Shown here: positions 39,592 through 52,200 of the stretch, piece by piece | Layout: each line of letters opens with the position of its first letter | Position numbering within the stretch: the stretch's first letter is position 1 | NCBI GenBank assembly: GCA_973895155.1 | Contig: OZ316897.1 | Location: 18,510,457-18,574,456, forward strand | Source of the DNA: Marsupella aquatica | Lineage: Eukaryota; Plantae; Marchantiophyta | DNA length: 64,000 bases | Direction of reading: 5' to 3' | Position numbers and translations under genes: made by a program | The notes under the pieces: generated by a model | Databases searched by the model: none | The model's input: only the letters and a program-made list of their open reading frames with translations | What the model was told of the DNA's origin: nothing

Positions 39592-40554
39592 GAAAGCGTT
39601 GTCCACTCGACAATGAGCAAAGCAAAAGTGAAATGTTCATAGTAATTGATGCTTTAAAGCGAAAGTGTTGTCCAGAGGAAGTGATGTTGAGCATAAGTGT
39701 GAGCATAAGTGAGATAGTCAGGCAATCAAATGTTGAGTCTGCAACTCAGCCTGGCAAGTGGATTACAAATATTGTGTGAGCTGTGGGGAGAGTGATGGGT
39801 TGGGCATGGAAATGGTGCACAGTGGCACCTTATGTCCATCTCATGGTTAGTTAAAAATATCATAAAAGTCAAGCTGCCTGGGAGGGTTCCACCCATGATA
39901 ACATTTCATAAACAGACAGTGGGAAAGAAAGAAGTGGAGTGTTGGGGATTGCATATTGTAGTGGTTACAAGAAATATTTCTTTCTTATTTCGTTCTTTCT
40001 TTCTTTCTTTTCCAACCATACTCTCCAGGAACGATAAAGTGACTCTAGCATGGACCACCATGTTTGGCAAGATACTCCAATGTACCATTCCAGCCCACAC
40101 AAATCACTTGATGAAACTTCCAGCCTGGGCAATTGAAATGAACTTGATATAGTGATGGAGAGATCTAATTGGCATTTGATGTTGTGACATGTTATTTCTC
40201 TTGTTTTTGGGTCATGGGACCAATAGATATCGTAGGAGTTGACAGCAGGTAGGGGCATATGGCAATGTGATCGGAGGGCTGAGAGCTAGACAACAAGAGG
40301 AGCTGATTGGTGGTGTTTGTGAGGGAATGCTGGTTTGTGCAGACTGCATGGAATTTTATGGCCAGGAGGTGACAGCCTAGTGCAGAATGAGGACTCTCTT
40401 TAGTATGTCCTCTGAAATAATTGCTTTTGTTTAATTTGTGGGGCTTCAGGAATGAGACTCCGGAGATTGAAATATATTGGTTACACGAACGAGCAGGTAA
40501 GGTCGCCGACCTTTGCACCGAATTGGATTTGCAACGCTTCTCAAATTGGCGTCC

Positions 40555-40656
40555 TTTGGTGGCGAAATAAAGCAAGCTGGGTTTGACTTCGACATCAGCC
40601 TAGAAGATTATTTGGACCAGAGCTACTACAAGACTACTATGCTGATTGCCGCCAGC
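40555..40656 (+). pseudogene. Isolated fragment of solanesyl/polyprenyl diphosphate synthase
   Basis: GGEIKQAGFDFDISLEDYLDQSYYKTTMLIAAS resembles the SPS segment GEIKQ..LFD.D..L..YL.KSYYKTASLIAAS. No other exons are recognisable. Confidence 0.55.
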
Positions 40657-41532
40657 CATCTTCAGGGGAATGAACAGAAGTGGCTGCGACCAGGTGTACG
40701 AATGTGGGTCTGGCTTAAAGTCGTAGATGACAGTTTGGGGGTTCACTCGGTCTTCAGAACAGGTTAGTAAGCCAGGTGGTAACGATATGGTGTCGCCGAG
40801 GGATCTGACAGGCGCTATCCCTTGTGCATTCAAAGTGAGTGGGAACTAAGGGAACGGATTAGCTCAGAGTTAAACAACTTTGGTTTTTTAGATACACGCT
40901 GCCAATGCCCAATTGGAAGAGGTGTAGAGGTATCGAAAATGCCCGACCGCTCTCACAATAGAAGAGTGAACATGAGACTTAATTGCGGTCTTAAACAAAA
41001 TATCTTTGCGGCACTATCTTTGGTTATAGCTTTGGAATTCTTTCTTCTGCACGCACTGTTATGGAGATTATCGTGTAAATCCTTTTTGTTCAGACCCCTG
41101 TTCTCTCGTTTTTGCTCCACAACAGACACTCCTAGAGACCAGGTTGATGGTGAGAAGAGGAAACTGACTTGTACGAGGATTTAATACTCGCAAACATCGT
41201 CTACTTAGCCTGTTCAAATTGTTCGGTTTGGAAAAATATCCTCCTGCAAGAGTCGACTTATTTCTTTGAGAGAAGATCGAGAAATCTTCTTTCGAATATG
41301 AGTTGTAATTGAATTTTTTTACTGGAGATCTGACAATCATCTTGCTGAAAGAACTTCTGTTATGCTCGCTCAAATGGAACTTAAGAACAATACATTTTTT
41401 GTCATTTGCTAAACTCTGACATTCATTAAGTTAGAATCCTAAGTCGCTGATGATGTCACAGCAATTGCTTGTTGCATCTGTCCCGGTGTTACAAAACAAG
41501 GATCCTCATCGGACATTAGATGATGAAATTTT

Positions 41533-42450
41533 GTGCAGATACAACAGTGGTACCCCACCACGGTCAATTCTGAGTACTTGACGTATCTTCGCATGTTTTG
41601 TGTGAACTTGTGTTCCAACACCAATATCACATATCTTACCTTAGACAACATGAAAGTGTTTGGTACTGTCAAGGGGTGCGGGCTCTTGGCCCATGCCTTG
41701 GCAACCAATTCGTCTTTGCGCGATCTTTCCTTGATTGAGGTCGACATGGGAAGTGCTGGTGCGAGATGCCTACTGCATGGGCTAAAGTCACACAAGACTC
41801 TCGAAACACTCGATCTCGGGAAAAACCCTCTGCTGGATGAAGGAATCTCGTGTGTAGCTGAATTTCTAATCAATAACGCTACAATCAAGTGTTTGTACCT
41901 TAATGAAATTGGTATGTCTCTAGAAGGCGCAAGACAGATGTCCTCGGTCTTGGCGAGCAACTCTACATTGAGGGTTTTATATGTTGGAGTTGAAGCTATT
42001 GGGAGAGAAGGAATGAAGATGTTATTGCAGCCACTATCCCCGGACGTAGGGCAAGATGGACCGAATGCCAACAGCCCGCAGAACACATCTTTGGAGCGTT
42101 TGTACTTATATGACCCAAATCGGGAGTGTGTGGAGTCCGTGACACATATGATCAAAACAAACAAGTCCGTGCCACTTCGAAGGACAGACAACGGCAAGAC
42201 CTGCTTGGCGCCATTCCTGCCTACAGATTGGGCGGAGACAATTATTCCCGCCCTGAAAGCAAATAGTACCCTCACGGAGCTCGACTTGTGGGGATGTTAC
42301 GGACTGATTGGAGAAGACGTCTATGAGTCTCTGCTGGATCTGCTCCAGAACAGCGGTACCAGATTAGAAAAGATCGGGCTTCGCCAAACTGGTTTGGAAT
42401 CCAGTCACGGACAAATCAACGAAGAGCTTAGGATCAAAAACAAGGAGTAT
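41533..42450 (+). pseudogene. RNI-like leucine-rich repeat region, TORNADO1-like (LRR-ROC-COR family), truncated
   Basis: 28-aa RNI-type repeats (LATNSSLRDLSL, LKSHKTLETLDLGKNPLLDEG, LASNSTLRVLYV, LKANSTLTELDL). The ORF then runs into AT-rich repeat sequence with no ROC P-loop. Confidence 0.6.
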
Positions 42451-43253
42451 GGATTTAGGCTCAACGGAAAAAACATTATTTCAAAGCCACCAGATAACTT
42501 CTATTCCACAAATATTGTAAATTTTCATTTCAAATGGAATTAAAGTGTTTAATAGTAATGTACATAGGAGAAATGTTTTTCTTTGCTCTGCACATATATT
42601 TATGTAACATGGTTTTTTTGTGTCTATTGGGTGTGCTTGTTTTTTGGTGTGGGGCTGCCCCCAATATGTTTGGTGCATGTTACCCAAGTTTTTTTTCTTT
42701 TACATGCGCTTTGCACTTTGGTTGTTGGTTAGTTTTTTACGTAGTCTATGTGCTGCCCATTTTTTTCCCATGTGCTCCTCATGTACCATCTTTTGTATAG
42801 GGCTGTGTTTTTTTCCCCTCTCGTTGCTACTTTTTATTTTATTTTATGGCCGCTGTGCTGTTTTATATTCCAACCATATCCATGCATTGAACAATTCAAT
42901 GTTTTACACTACACAGTTCAATGTGAATTCATTACAGGGACAGGCGGTCCGTTGAAGTGGCCAGTGTAACATCGTGGGTGGTTTACATTCATGCTATAAG
43001 ATCCTTTGTTGGAAAATTATACAATTATAGCCAATGTAAACTGTGTAAGGCCATGTAAGTAGATATGTAAGTAGATAAGTAGATTATTTACTTTCAATTG
43101 TTATTCCTTACTTGGTCAATGGATTACCCCATCTCATGTGATGTTTGATTATTGCATTACCCTAAGTCTTGCCCGATACTATTTTTGTACTGGAATACCC
43201 TGTCTCTTGCGGGATTTCTTTTATGGAATACCCCCTGTCCCTTGTGGGGTTTC

Positions 43254-46200
43254 TGTTGAGCATAGACGACGATCGCAAAGGCAAGCCCATGAACCATCCA
43301 ACGCACAATAGTCGACACAGAGAGATACGTGGTTCACCTCCCCATGAGGCTACGTCCACGGGAACACACATGAGCTTTACTGCACTCTAGGCCGACCGGC
43401 CATACCAAGCATCCACAGCGCAAGCTCTCTTTATCTCTCAACTAGCTCCGTAACAATGAGCCTGAGTTCCCACTCTCCAAGCAAACACCGCTTGGTTATA
43501 GAGTGTGCACAGCATGACTAACCTAACCAAGTCTACGGCTAAGGTTAGTCTTAACTACGGTACAGTCGTAACTCTAGACCTAAGAGTAAATCCTAACAAT
43601 CTCCCCCTTGACTCTGGTCTAGGGGAGGGTAAAGACTGCTTCCAATATGATTGCTCAACGGGAAGTTCTGGAAAGAAAAACCAAACCAATTTTTCCCTCT
43701 TTATACAAGAGTAAACCAGAACTAAGCCGTAGCCTATACAAGGAATGAACAAGAGCATATCTCAGTATCTACACAAATGTTAAATAACCCTACTTGTGAG
43801 GCAATTGCAAAAAACCTACAACGCATCACGGTGTCTAGAAAAACTCTCCAAAGGAATCACTTTGGTAAAAGCGTCAGCTAGGTTGAGTTTACCATCAATC
43901 TTGACTAGCTCAAACATATTATCAGACACAGCTTGCCTGATAAAATGGTACCTGACGTCAATGTGCTTCACTCTGCTGTCCATCACCTGGTTCACAGCAA
44001 GGTGGAGTGCACTTTGACTATCACAATGGAGCATCACAATCCCCTGTGGCAATCCCATCTCAGTGATAAGTCTGTCCAACCAAATCGCTTCCTTTGCTTC
44101 TTCCGCTGCTGTAACATACTCCGCTTCTGTAGTAGACTGAACAATACACTTCTGCAAAGTAGACTTCCAACTTATGCATCCACCTCCCAGTGTGAACACA
44201 TAACCTGTTGTTGACCTCCTCCGATCCAGATCCTGTGCATAGTCAGCATCTACATAGCCCATCAATGATCTAGCATTATCAGCATGTACATCAAATAGTA
44301 GACCATGGTCCACGGTACCTAGCTTTCAAATACCAAAAAATCCACTTCACTGCTTCCCAGTGTACCTTCCCTGGATTTGACATGTACCTGCTCACCTTGC
44401 CCATAGCCATGGCAAGATCAGGTCTAGTGCAAGTCATCAAATACATGAGACTCCCCACTGTCTTGTCATACGGAACCTTTGACATCAACCCCTTCTCAGT
44501 GTCATCTGTAGGACAGAAAGCTGATGACAACTTGAAGTGTGGAGCCAACGGGGTACTCACTGGCTTGCTATCCCCCATGTTGAATCTTGCAATTACCTTC
44601 CTTGCATAAGTGCTCTGCGCCAACCATAGCTTGCCAGCCTCCAAGTCCCTAGTGATCTCCATACCCAAAATTCTCTTAGCAAGCCCTAAGTCCTTCATCT
44701 TAAACTCTACACTTAGTAGTGCCTTGAGTTTAACAATCTCAGACCTATCATTGGCTGCAATAAGCATGTCATCCACATAAAATACTAAAACAATGAACCC
44801 AAAGACAACATTCTTCACCGGTTTAAGATACACACATGGGTCAAACACACTCCTATGAAAGCCTTGTGCACGAATCCAATCATCAAACCGCTTATTCTAC
44901 TTCCTTAGTGATTGCTTCAACCCGTACAAGGATCTCAGTAATCTGCAAACCAAATCCTCTTGCCCTTTCTTCATAAAACCTAGCGATTGTCTCATGAAAA
45001 TCACCTCTTCCAAGGTGCCATAGAGGAAAGTTGTGACAACATCCATCTGATCTAGCAGCAGACCAAACATAACAACAAGCACACACAATAGCCGTATTGT
45101 TGAGTACTTAGCAACTGGTGAGAAGACCTCATTGTAATCCACACTTTTTTCCTGTGTGAATCCCTTGGCTACCAACGTAGCCTTGTAGACCTTTGATCCA
45201 CCTCCCGTGGACTGATCCTTCAGCTTGTATATCCACTTGTTGTCCACCACTTGCTGTCCATCAGGCAGCTTGACAAGCTCCCAAGTTTTGTTGTCCTTTA
45301 GTGATTGCCTCTCCGTTTGCATTGCTGCAGTTCACTCCTGCTTCTCCTTTGAGGCACTTGCTTCATGAAATGAAGAAGGTTCCCTTCTTCCAAAATCAAC
45401 GCATCACCCTCATCATCAGTAACAAAATCCTCCTCTTGCAATTGAGATGAATCAACCCACTGTCCATACCTTGGTGGAGCGCGTACAGTGCGACCAGATG
45501 CTCTTCTAGCCGATGACTCCGGTTGATCTGCGTGTGCTGGTATAATTTGAAGCTCAGCAGCATCCACTTGCTGCTCACCAGCATCAACAAACTCCTATGG
45601 TTCCTCTGGCCAGCACAGGAACCAACTCCATAATTAATTGGAGCAACTCCTTCTCTCCGGTCATGCACCTCATGACCAATCTCCCCCTCAACGAGATCCA
45701 GGATAAGAGATTTTCCTTTGACAGTACGGGAGACCTGAGTATTCTCCCCCTCCTTCAATAATCTGGATTCATTGAAGGAAACATCCCTACTGACAACGAG
45801 CTTACAAGCAATAGGATCCCATAGCCTATAGGCTTTCACACCACTCTGGTACCCAAAAAAAATACATTTCTTGGAGGTAGGATCCAACTTGGTCCTATTC
45901 TGCTTTGATGCGAGAGCATATGAATCACTTCCAAAAATTACCAAGCCATGATAGTCTGTTGGTCGCTTATAACGCATCTCAAACGGCATTTTAAAATTGA
46001 TAGCACTAGAAGGAGAAAGGTTTACCAAATAAGTTACGGTATTGACAGCTTCTGCCCAAAATTCGTGTGGTAAACTTGATTGGCTCAACATCCTCCGTGA
46101 CCGCTCCAATAGTGTTCGATTGAGCCTCTTAGCGACACCATTCTACTGCGGAGTATAAACTGTGGTGAGATGGTGAGTTATCCCCTGTTTTGAACAGTAC

Positions 46201-49200
46201 TGTTCAAATTCCACTGAAGTGTACTCCCCGCCGTTGTCTGACCTCAAACTTTTCACCCTTGTATCCAAATACTTGACCGTGTTTCCAGTCTGATTCTCCA
46301 CCTGGGCCTTCCACTTCTTAAAAATGGACAACACATCAGACTTATGCGTCATGAAATAAATCCACACAAATCTTGAGTAATCATCAATAAATGATACATA
46401 GTACAACTTTCCAAAGTGTGAGGGAGTTGGGGATGGACTCCACACGTCACTATGTATGTACCCAAGAACTGCTTTGGAACGATGAGTTCCAACACCAAAA
46501 GCACGACGATGCTGCTTTCCAAGAATGCAATGCTCACAGAACTCTAATTTACAAGATTGCAAATTAGAAATGAGTTCATTCTTTCGTAAGATAGCCAAAC
46601 CCTTCTCACTCATGTGGCCTAGCCGTGAATGCCACAATTGAGTCATCTGCTCGTGAGACTTGGTTACATTGGCTTCTCCACATACAGTATTGCCCTGCAA
46701 CACATACAAATTCTTTTGTCTGTTCCCCTTCAAAATCATTGTCTCTTACGACTTGACTTGAAGGTCATCATCAATAACGCTCCATTGATGACCATTTGAA
46801 TCCAACACACCAAGTGAAATCAGATTCTTACGCATGCCAGGTACATACCTGACTCCAGACACTGTGCGCACAGCACCATCAAACATTTGAATCTTCACAG
46901 ACCCAATGCCCTCAATTTGACAAGAGTGATCATTTCCCATCAGATTTGAACCGTTTGAAATAGAGTAAGAACTGAAAAACTCACGAATGTAACAAATATG
47001 AAAAGAACAAGCACAATCAAGAATCCACACATCATCTGCTCTCCTAGATGACGTGCACATGGCATACCCCCGGCTTCATAATACATACTCATCATTGAGT
47101 AAATCAGCCTCTCTATCAGCCCTAGCCACATTTGCCAACGAAGATTTAGCTGCCTTTCCCTTATAGTCTTGCTTGAAGTGTCCAACTTGGTTGCACTTCC
47201 AACATGTCACCTGCCTCCTTTGAGGGGATTTACCCCTGGACTTAGATCTGGATTAGATCTAAACTGGGTTCTATGGTCCCCAGTTGGTCGCTGCATACTC
47301 CTCCCATAGTTAACATTGAGGGCAGCACCAGATGATGATGGCTATGACGTGATGTGCATCTTCTGCTAAAGATCATCACTAAGTAGAGAATTGACCACGT
47401 CATTGTATGAAATGGTATCCCTATCACGATGCAACAACACCCGTGATAGGGACTGGTAAGATGGAGGCAATGAACTGAGAAGCTGCAGAGCCTTCGTCTC
47501 ATCATTCAAAGTCTCCCCAAGGTTTTCCAAGTCAACGACCATGTCGTTGAAAGCATCCACATGGTCCTTTAATTTTGTATCGGATTCGACAACTCCTTGC
47601 GGTGATATTTGCTCTGCAATTCCGCAAACAAGGACATGATGCAATCCTTATGTGCACCCAACTACTTGATGATGGGAGTTATGAGATAGAGTGTAACACA
47701 CCACACTCCTTGCTCCTGGATGCGGTCCTATTGTTTCTCATCAACATCGTCGTCACGAGGGCTCAGCAGCTGGCCCATCCTTGACGCATAGAGCACTCCT
47801 TTCACCTGCTTCTCCCATAGCAGGTAGCTAGTCAGAGCGCCTGGCATCATACTTTGTCACTTCTGTTGAACTAAGACGTCATTCGCAATGACCATACAAC
47901 CATGACTCATTCCATGCACACGTAGTCGACACAATCTCTACGTGGTTCACCTCTTCTCCAAGGCTACGTCCACACGAACACTCAAGCTTTACTTCAAGAG
48001 TAGACAAACACACATGCTCTCTCTCTTCCTCCTGTTGTTCTGTTACAATGAGTAAGCACCACCCACCAGCGGCTTACACTAGCCCTGGTATATACAAGGT
48101 CACACACGACTAATCTAACCTCAGCTAAGATCCTAACTGTGGTTAGCCTAAGTGCCATAACCTATGAGTCACAAGACTAAGAGCAATCCTTAACAAACTC
48201 CCCCTTGACTCTAGTCTTGGGGACTGCAATTTCTGCTATCCATATGAGATACTCAGCGGGAAATTCTAGACAATCACCTAAAACCATAGGTGTCCCCCTA
48301 AAAACCATTTAAGGTTAACTAAGGGTTAACTAGAATTAAGCCGTAGCCATAACAGGATTGAGTAACCCATATACAGAAATTATATATTGTTAAGTTACTC
48401 TACTTGTGCTGCAAATGCAAAACTTGCAAAGTAGCACGGTGTCTTGAGTAACTCTCCAAAGGAATCACTTTGGTAAAAGCATCAGCCGGGTTGAGCTTTC
48501 CATCAATCTTGACTAGCTCAAACATTTTATCAGACACTGCTTGCCTAATAAAATGGTACCTGATGTCAATGTGTTTCACCCTGCTATCCATAACCTGGTT
48601 AATAGCTAGGTGAAGCGCACTTTGGCTGTCACAATGAAGAGTCATTTTTCCATGCTCCAATCCCATCTCAGTGACCAGCTTATCCAACCAAATTGCTTCC
48701 TTTGCTGCTTCTGCTGCTGCAACATATTCTGCTTCTATAGTAGACTGAGATACACACTTCTGCAAGGTAGATCTCCAACTTATGCATCCTCTTCCAAGAG
48801 TAAACACATACCCAGTCGTTGACCTCCTTGTTTCCAGACAGCCTCCGTAGTCAGAATCTACATAGCCAACCAAAGATTTGGTTTTGTTTGATCTACTATC
48901 AAACAATAGACCATAGTCTATTGTGCCCTTAAGATACCTGAGAATCCATTTCACAGCCTCCCAATGTACCTTCCCTGGATTTGACATGAATCTACTCACT
49001 TTGCCCATTGCTAGGGCTAGATCAGGCCTGGTACATGTCATCAAATACATTAGACTGCCCACTGCCTTCTCATATGGAACCTTAGTCATCAAACCTCTCT
49101 CCACTGGATCCGTGGGGCAGAAAGCCGATGATAACTTGAAATGTGGAGCCAAAGGAATATTTACTGGCTTACAATTTTCCATGTTGAATCTTGCAAGTAC

Positions 49201-52200
49201 CTTTTCAGCGTACTTGCCTTGATTCAACCACAACTGTCCAGTTTCAAAGTTCCTCGTAATCTCCATACCTAAGATCCTCTTGGCTTTCCCAAGATCCTTC
49301 ATTCGGAATTCAGAACTCAATTTTGCTCTGAGTTTGTCAACCTCAGTTTGATCCTTAGCCACAATCAACATGTCATCCACATAGAGCACCAGAATGAGCA
49401 AACCAAACACACCATTCTTGACTGATTTCGTATACACACAAGGGTCATACACCATCCTAGTGAATCCTTGTGCAAGCATGAAATCATCGAACCGCTTGTT
49501 CCACTGCCGAGGAGCTTGCTTCAATCCATACAAGGACTTAAGTAACCTGCAAACTAAACTCTCTTGGCCCTTCTTCACAAAGCCCAGTGGTTGCCTCATG
49601 AAAATTTGTTCCTCCAAGGTGCCATAGAGAAAAGCAGTAACAACATCCATTTGATCTAACACCAGATCAAAAAACACAACAAGTTGACACAAAATTCGTA
49701 TCGTGGAATACTTGGCAACTGGAGAGAAGACCTCATTGTAATCCACTCCCTTCTCTTGAGTGAATCCCTTGGCAACAAGCCTTGCCTTGTATATCTTGTC
49801 TCCTCCATCTGAAGAGTTGTCCTTCAGCTTGTAAATCCACTTGCTATCCACCACTTGTTGATCACTTGGCAGCTGCACCAGCTCCCATGTTCTATTGTAA
49901 CTTAAAGATTGCAACTCCCTCTGCATCGCTGCATTCCATTCATCTTTCTCGTATGAAATGCACGCCTCATGATAAGAAGAAGGTTCTCCTTCTTCCAAGA
50001 TCAGTGCTCTGTCATCATCATCAGGTGCAATGTCAACATCATCTAACCTTGATGAATCTGTCCATTGTCCATACCTTGTAGGAGCTCGAGTAGTACGTCT
50101 CGATTTTCTAGCTGATGATTCTGGTTGATCTTATTCTATTGGTTGAATTTGAGGTATTCCATCAACAGCCTGCTCCTCTTGTTCCATTACCGGAACCAGC
50201 TCCATTCTCGGAGCACCTCCTTCATTTATGTCATGAAAACTCTCATGACCAATCTCCCCCACAACATGGTCCAGGATAGGAGATTTACTTTTGTCAGTAC
50301 GGGAAGCCTGAGCATTCTCCCCCTCCTTTGATGATCTGGATTCATTAAAGGATACATCTCTACTGACAAGCAACGTACAAGCTTCTGGATCCCATAGCCT
50401 GTAATCTTTCACACCTGGTTGATAACCAAGAAAAAGATACTTCTTGGAAGTAGAATCTAGTTTAGATCGATTCTGCTTAGGTGTGAGAGCATATGCATCA
50501 CTTTCAAAGACTCTCAAAACCTGATAGTCTGCGTGCCGTCCATACCTCATTTCAAACGGCGTCTTGAAATTGATTGCACTTGAAGGAGAAAGATTTACCA
50601 AATAAGCTACCGTATTTATAGCTTCAGCCCAAAATTCATGCGGTAAACCTGATTGGCTCAACATACTCCTTGATCGCTCCAATAGTGTTCGGTTTAGCCG
50701 CTCACAAACACCATTCTGTTGAGGAGTATAAACTGTCGTGAGATGACGAGTAATCCTTTGCTCTGCACAATATAGTTCAAATTCACTTGAACTATACTCC
50801 CCGCCGTTATCTGATCGCAGATATCTCACCTTGGAGCCAGTCTGATTCTCAATTTGGGCTTTCCACTTCTTAAAAGTGCCAAAAACTTCAGACTTGGCGT
50901 GTAGAAATGTGATCCACACATACCATGAGTAATCATCAATGAACGTGACATAGTACAATTTTCCAGAAAGTGAGGGAGTTGGGGCTGGACCCCACACATC
51001 ACTATGTACATACTCAAGTATAGCTTTGGTATTGTGAGTTCCAACACCAAAGGTTTTCCTGTGCTGCTTCCCAAGCACACAGTGTTCACAAAAATCTAGC
51101 TTAGTAGATTCCAAATTAGAAAGAAGTCCTTGCCTGCGAAGTACCGCCAAACCCTTTTCACTCATGTGTCCCAATCTGCAGTGCCACAACTGAGTCATCT
51201 CGCATTGAGATCTAGTTACATTGGCTTCTTCACAAATCACGTTGCCCTCCAACAGGTATAGATTCCTATGCCGCTTACCCTTCATGACAACCTTGCCTCC
51301 GGTTGACACTTGAAGAATACCATCAGCAGAACTCCACCGACATCCATTTGCTTCCAGCATTCCAAGAGAAATCAAGTTCTTTTTCATGTCAGGTATGTGT
51401 CTGACATTACTCACTGTTCGCACAGCTCCATCAAACATCCGAATTTTCACGGATCCAATTCCAATAATTTGACAAGGATGATCATTCCCCATCAACACGG
51501 AACCGGTTGATACTGAGTAAGAACTAAAAAACTCTTTCATACAACAAATATGATAGGTACAGGCACAGTCTAAAATCCATTCATCACCGTTGTTACTGGA
51601 TGAAATGCAAAGGACAACATCTGGACTTCACAAGATTTCATCATCAAGCAAGTCAATCATATCAACATTAGTGGCTGCGTTCGCTGATGGTTGATGAGTC
51701 TGCTTGACTCGACAGTCTCGTTTCATGTGGCCAGGCTTGTTATATTTCCAGCATATAATTGGTTTCCTTTCTAGAGATTTCTCTCTAGACCTGGATCTAG
51801 ACTTAGACCGAGCCTTCTCCTTGCCTCTATTCCGTGAGGGGTACGTTTGTGAAAAGGACCTATTTTCACCAGTCATCCGCTGTTGAGTCCTCCCGCGGTT
51901 CACATTCAATGCACTGCCAGATGAAGATAGTGTCTGGGCATGACCCAGTTTCTTCTGTGCATCATCTGACAACAAAGAGCTTACCACCTCATCATATGAA
52001 ATGGTTTTGAGATCTCTATACAAGAGAACCTGCTTCAAACCTTGATATGATGGGGGTAAGGAACTGAGAAGAAGCAATGCCTTATCTTCATCTTCCACTC
52101 CCTTGCCAAGATTTGACAAATCTACAGCTAGGCTGTCGAATTCATCCAAGTGATCTCGAAGCTTGTCTCCTTCTTTTAGTCTCAAGCTCATCAAGAGAGA

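Noticed and set aside
41439-42275. 278-aa minus-strand ORF
   Set aside because: Antisense shadow of the LRR coding region, with no motifs.
50131-50133. In-frame TAA in the Copia C INT-RT linker
   Set aside because: Copia B has a sense codon at the aligned position (..ADQPESSARR), so this is a private nonsense mutation.
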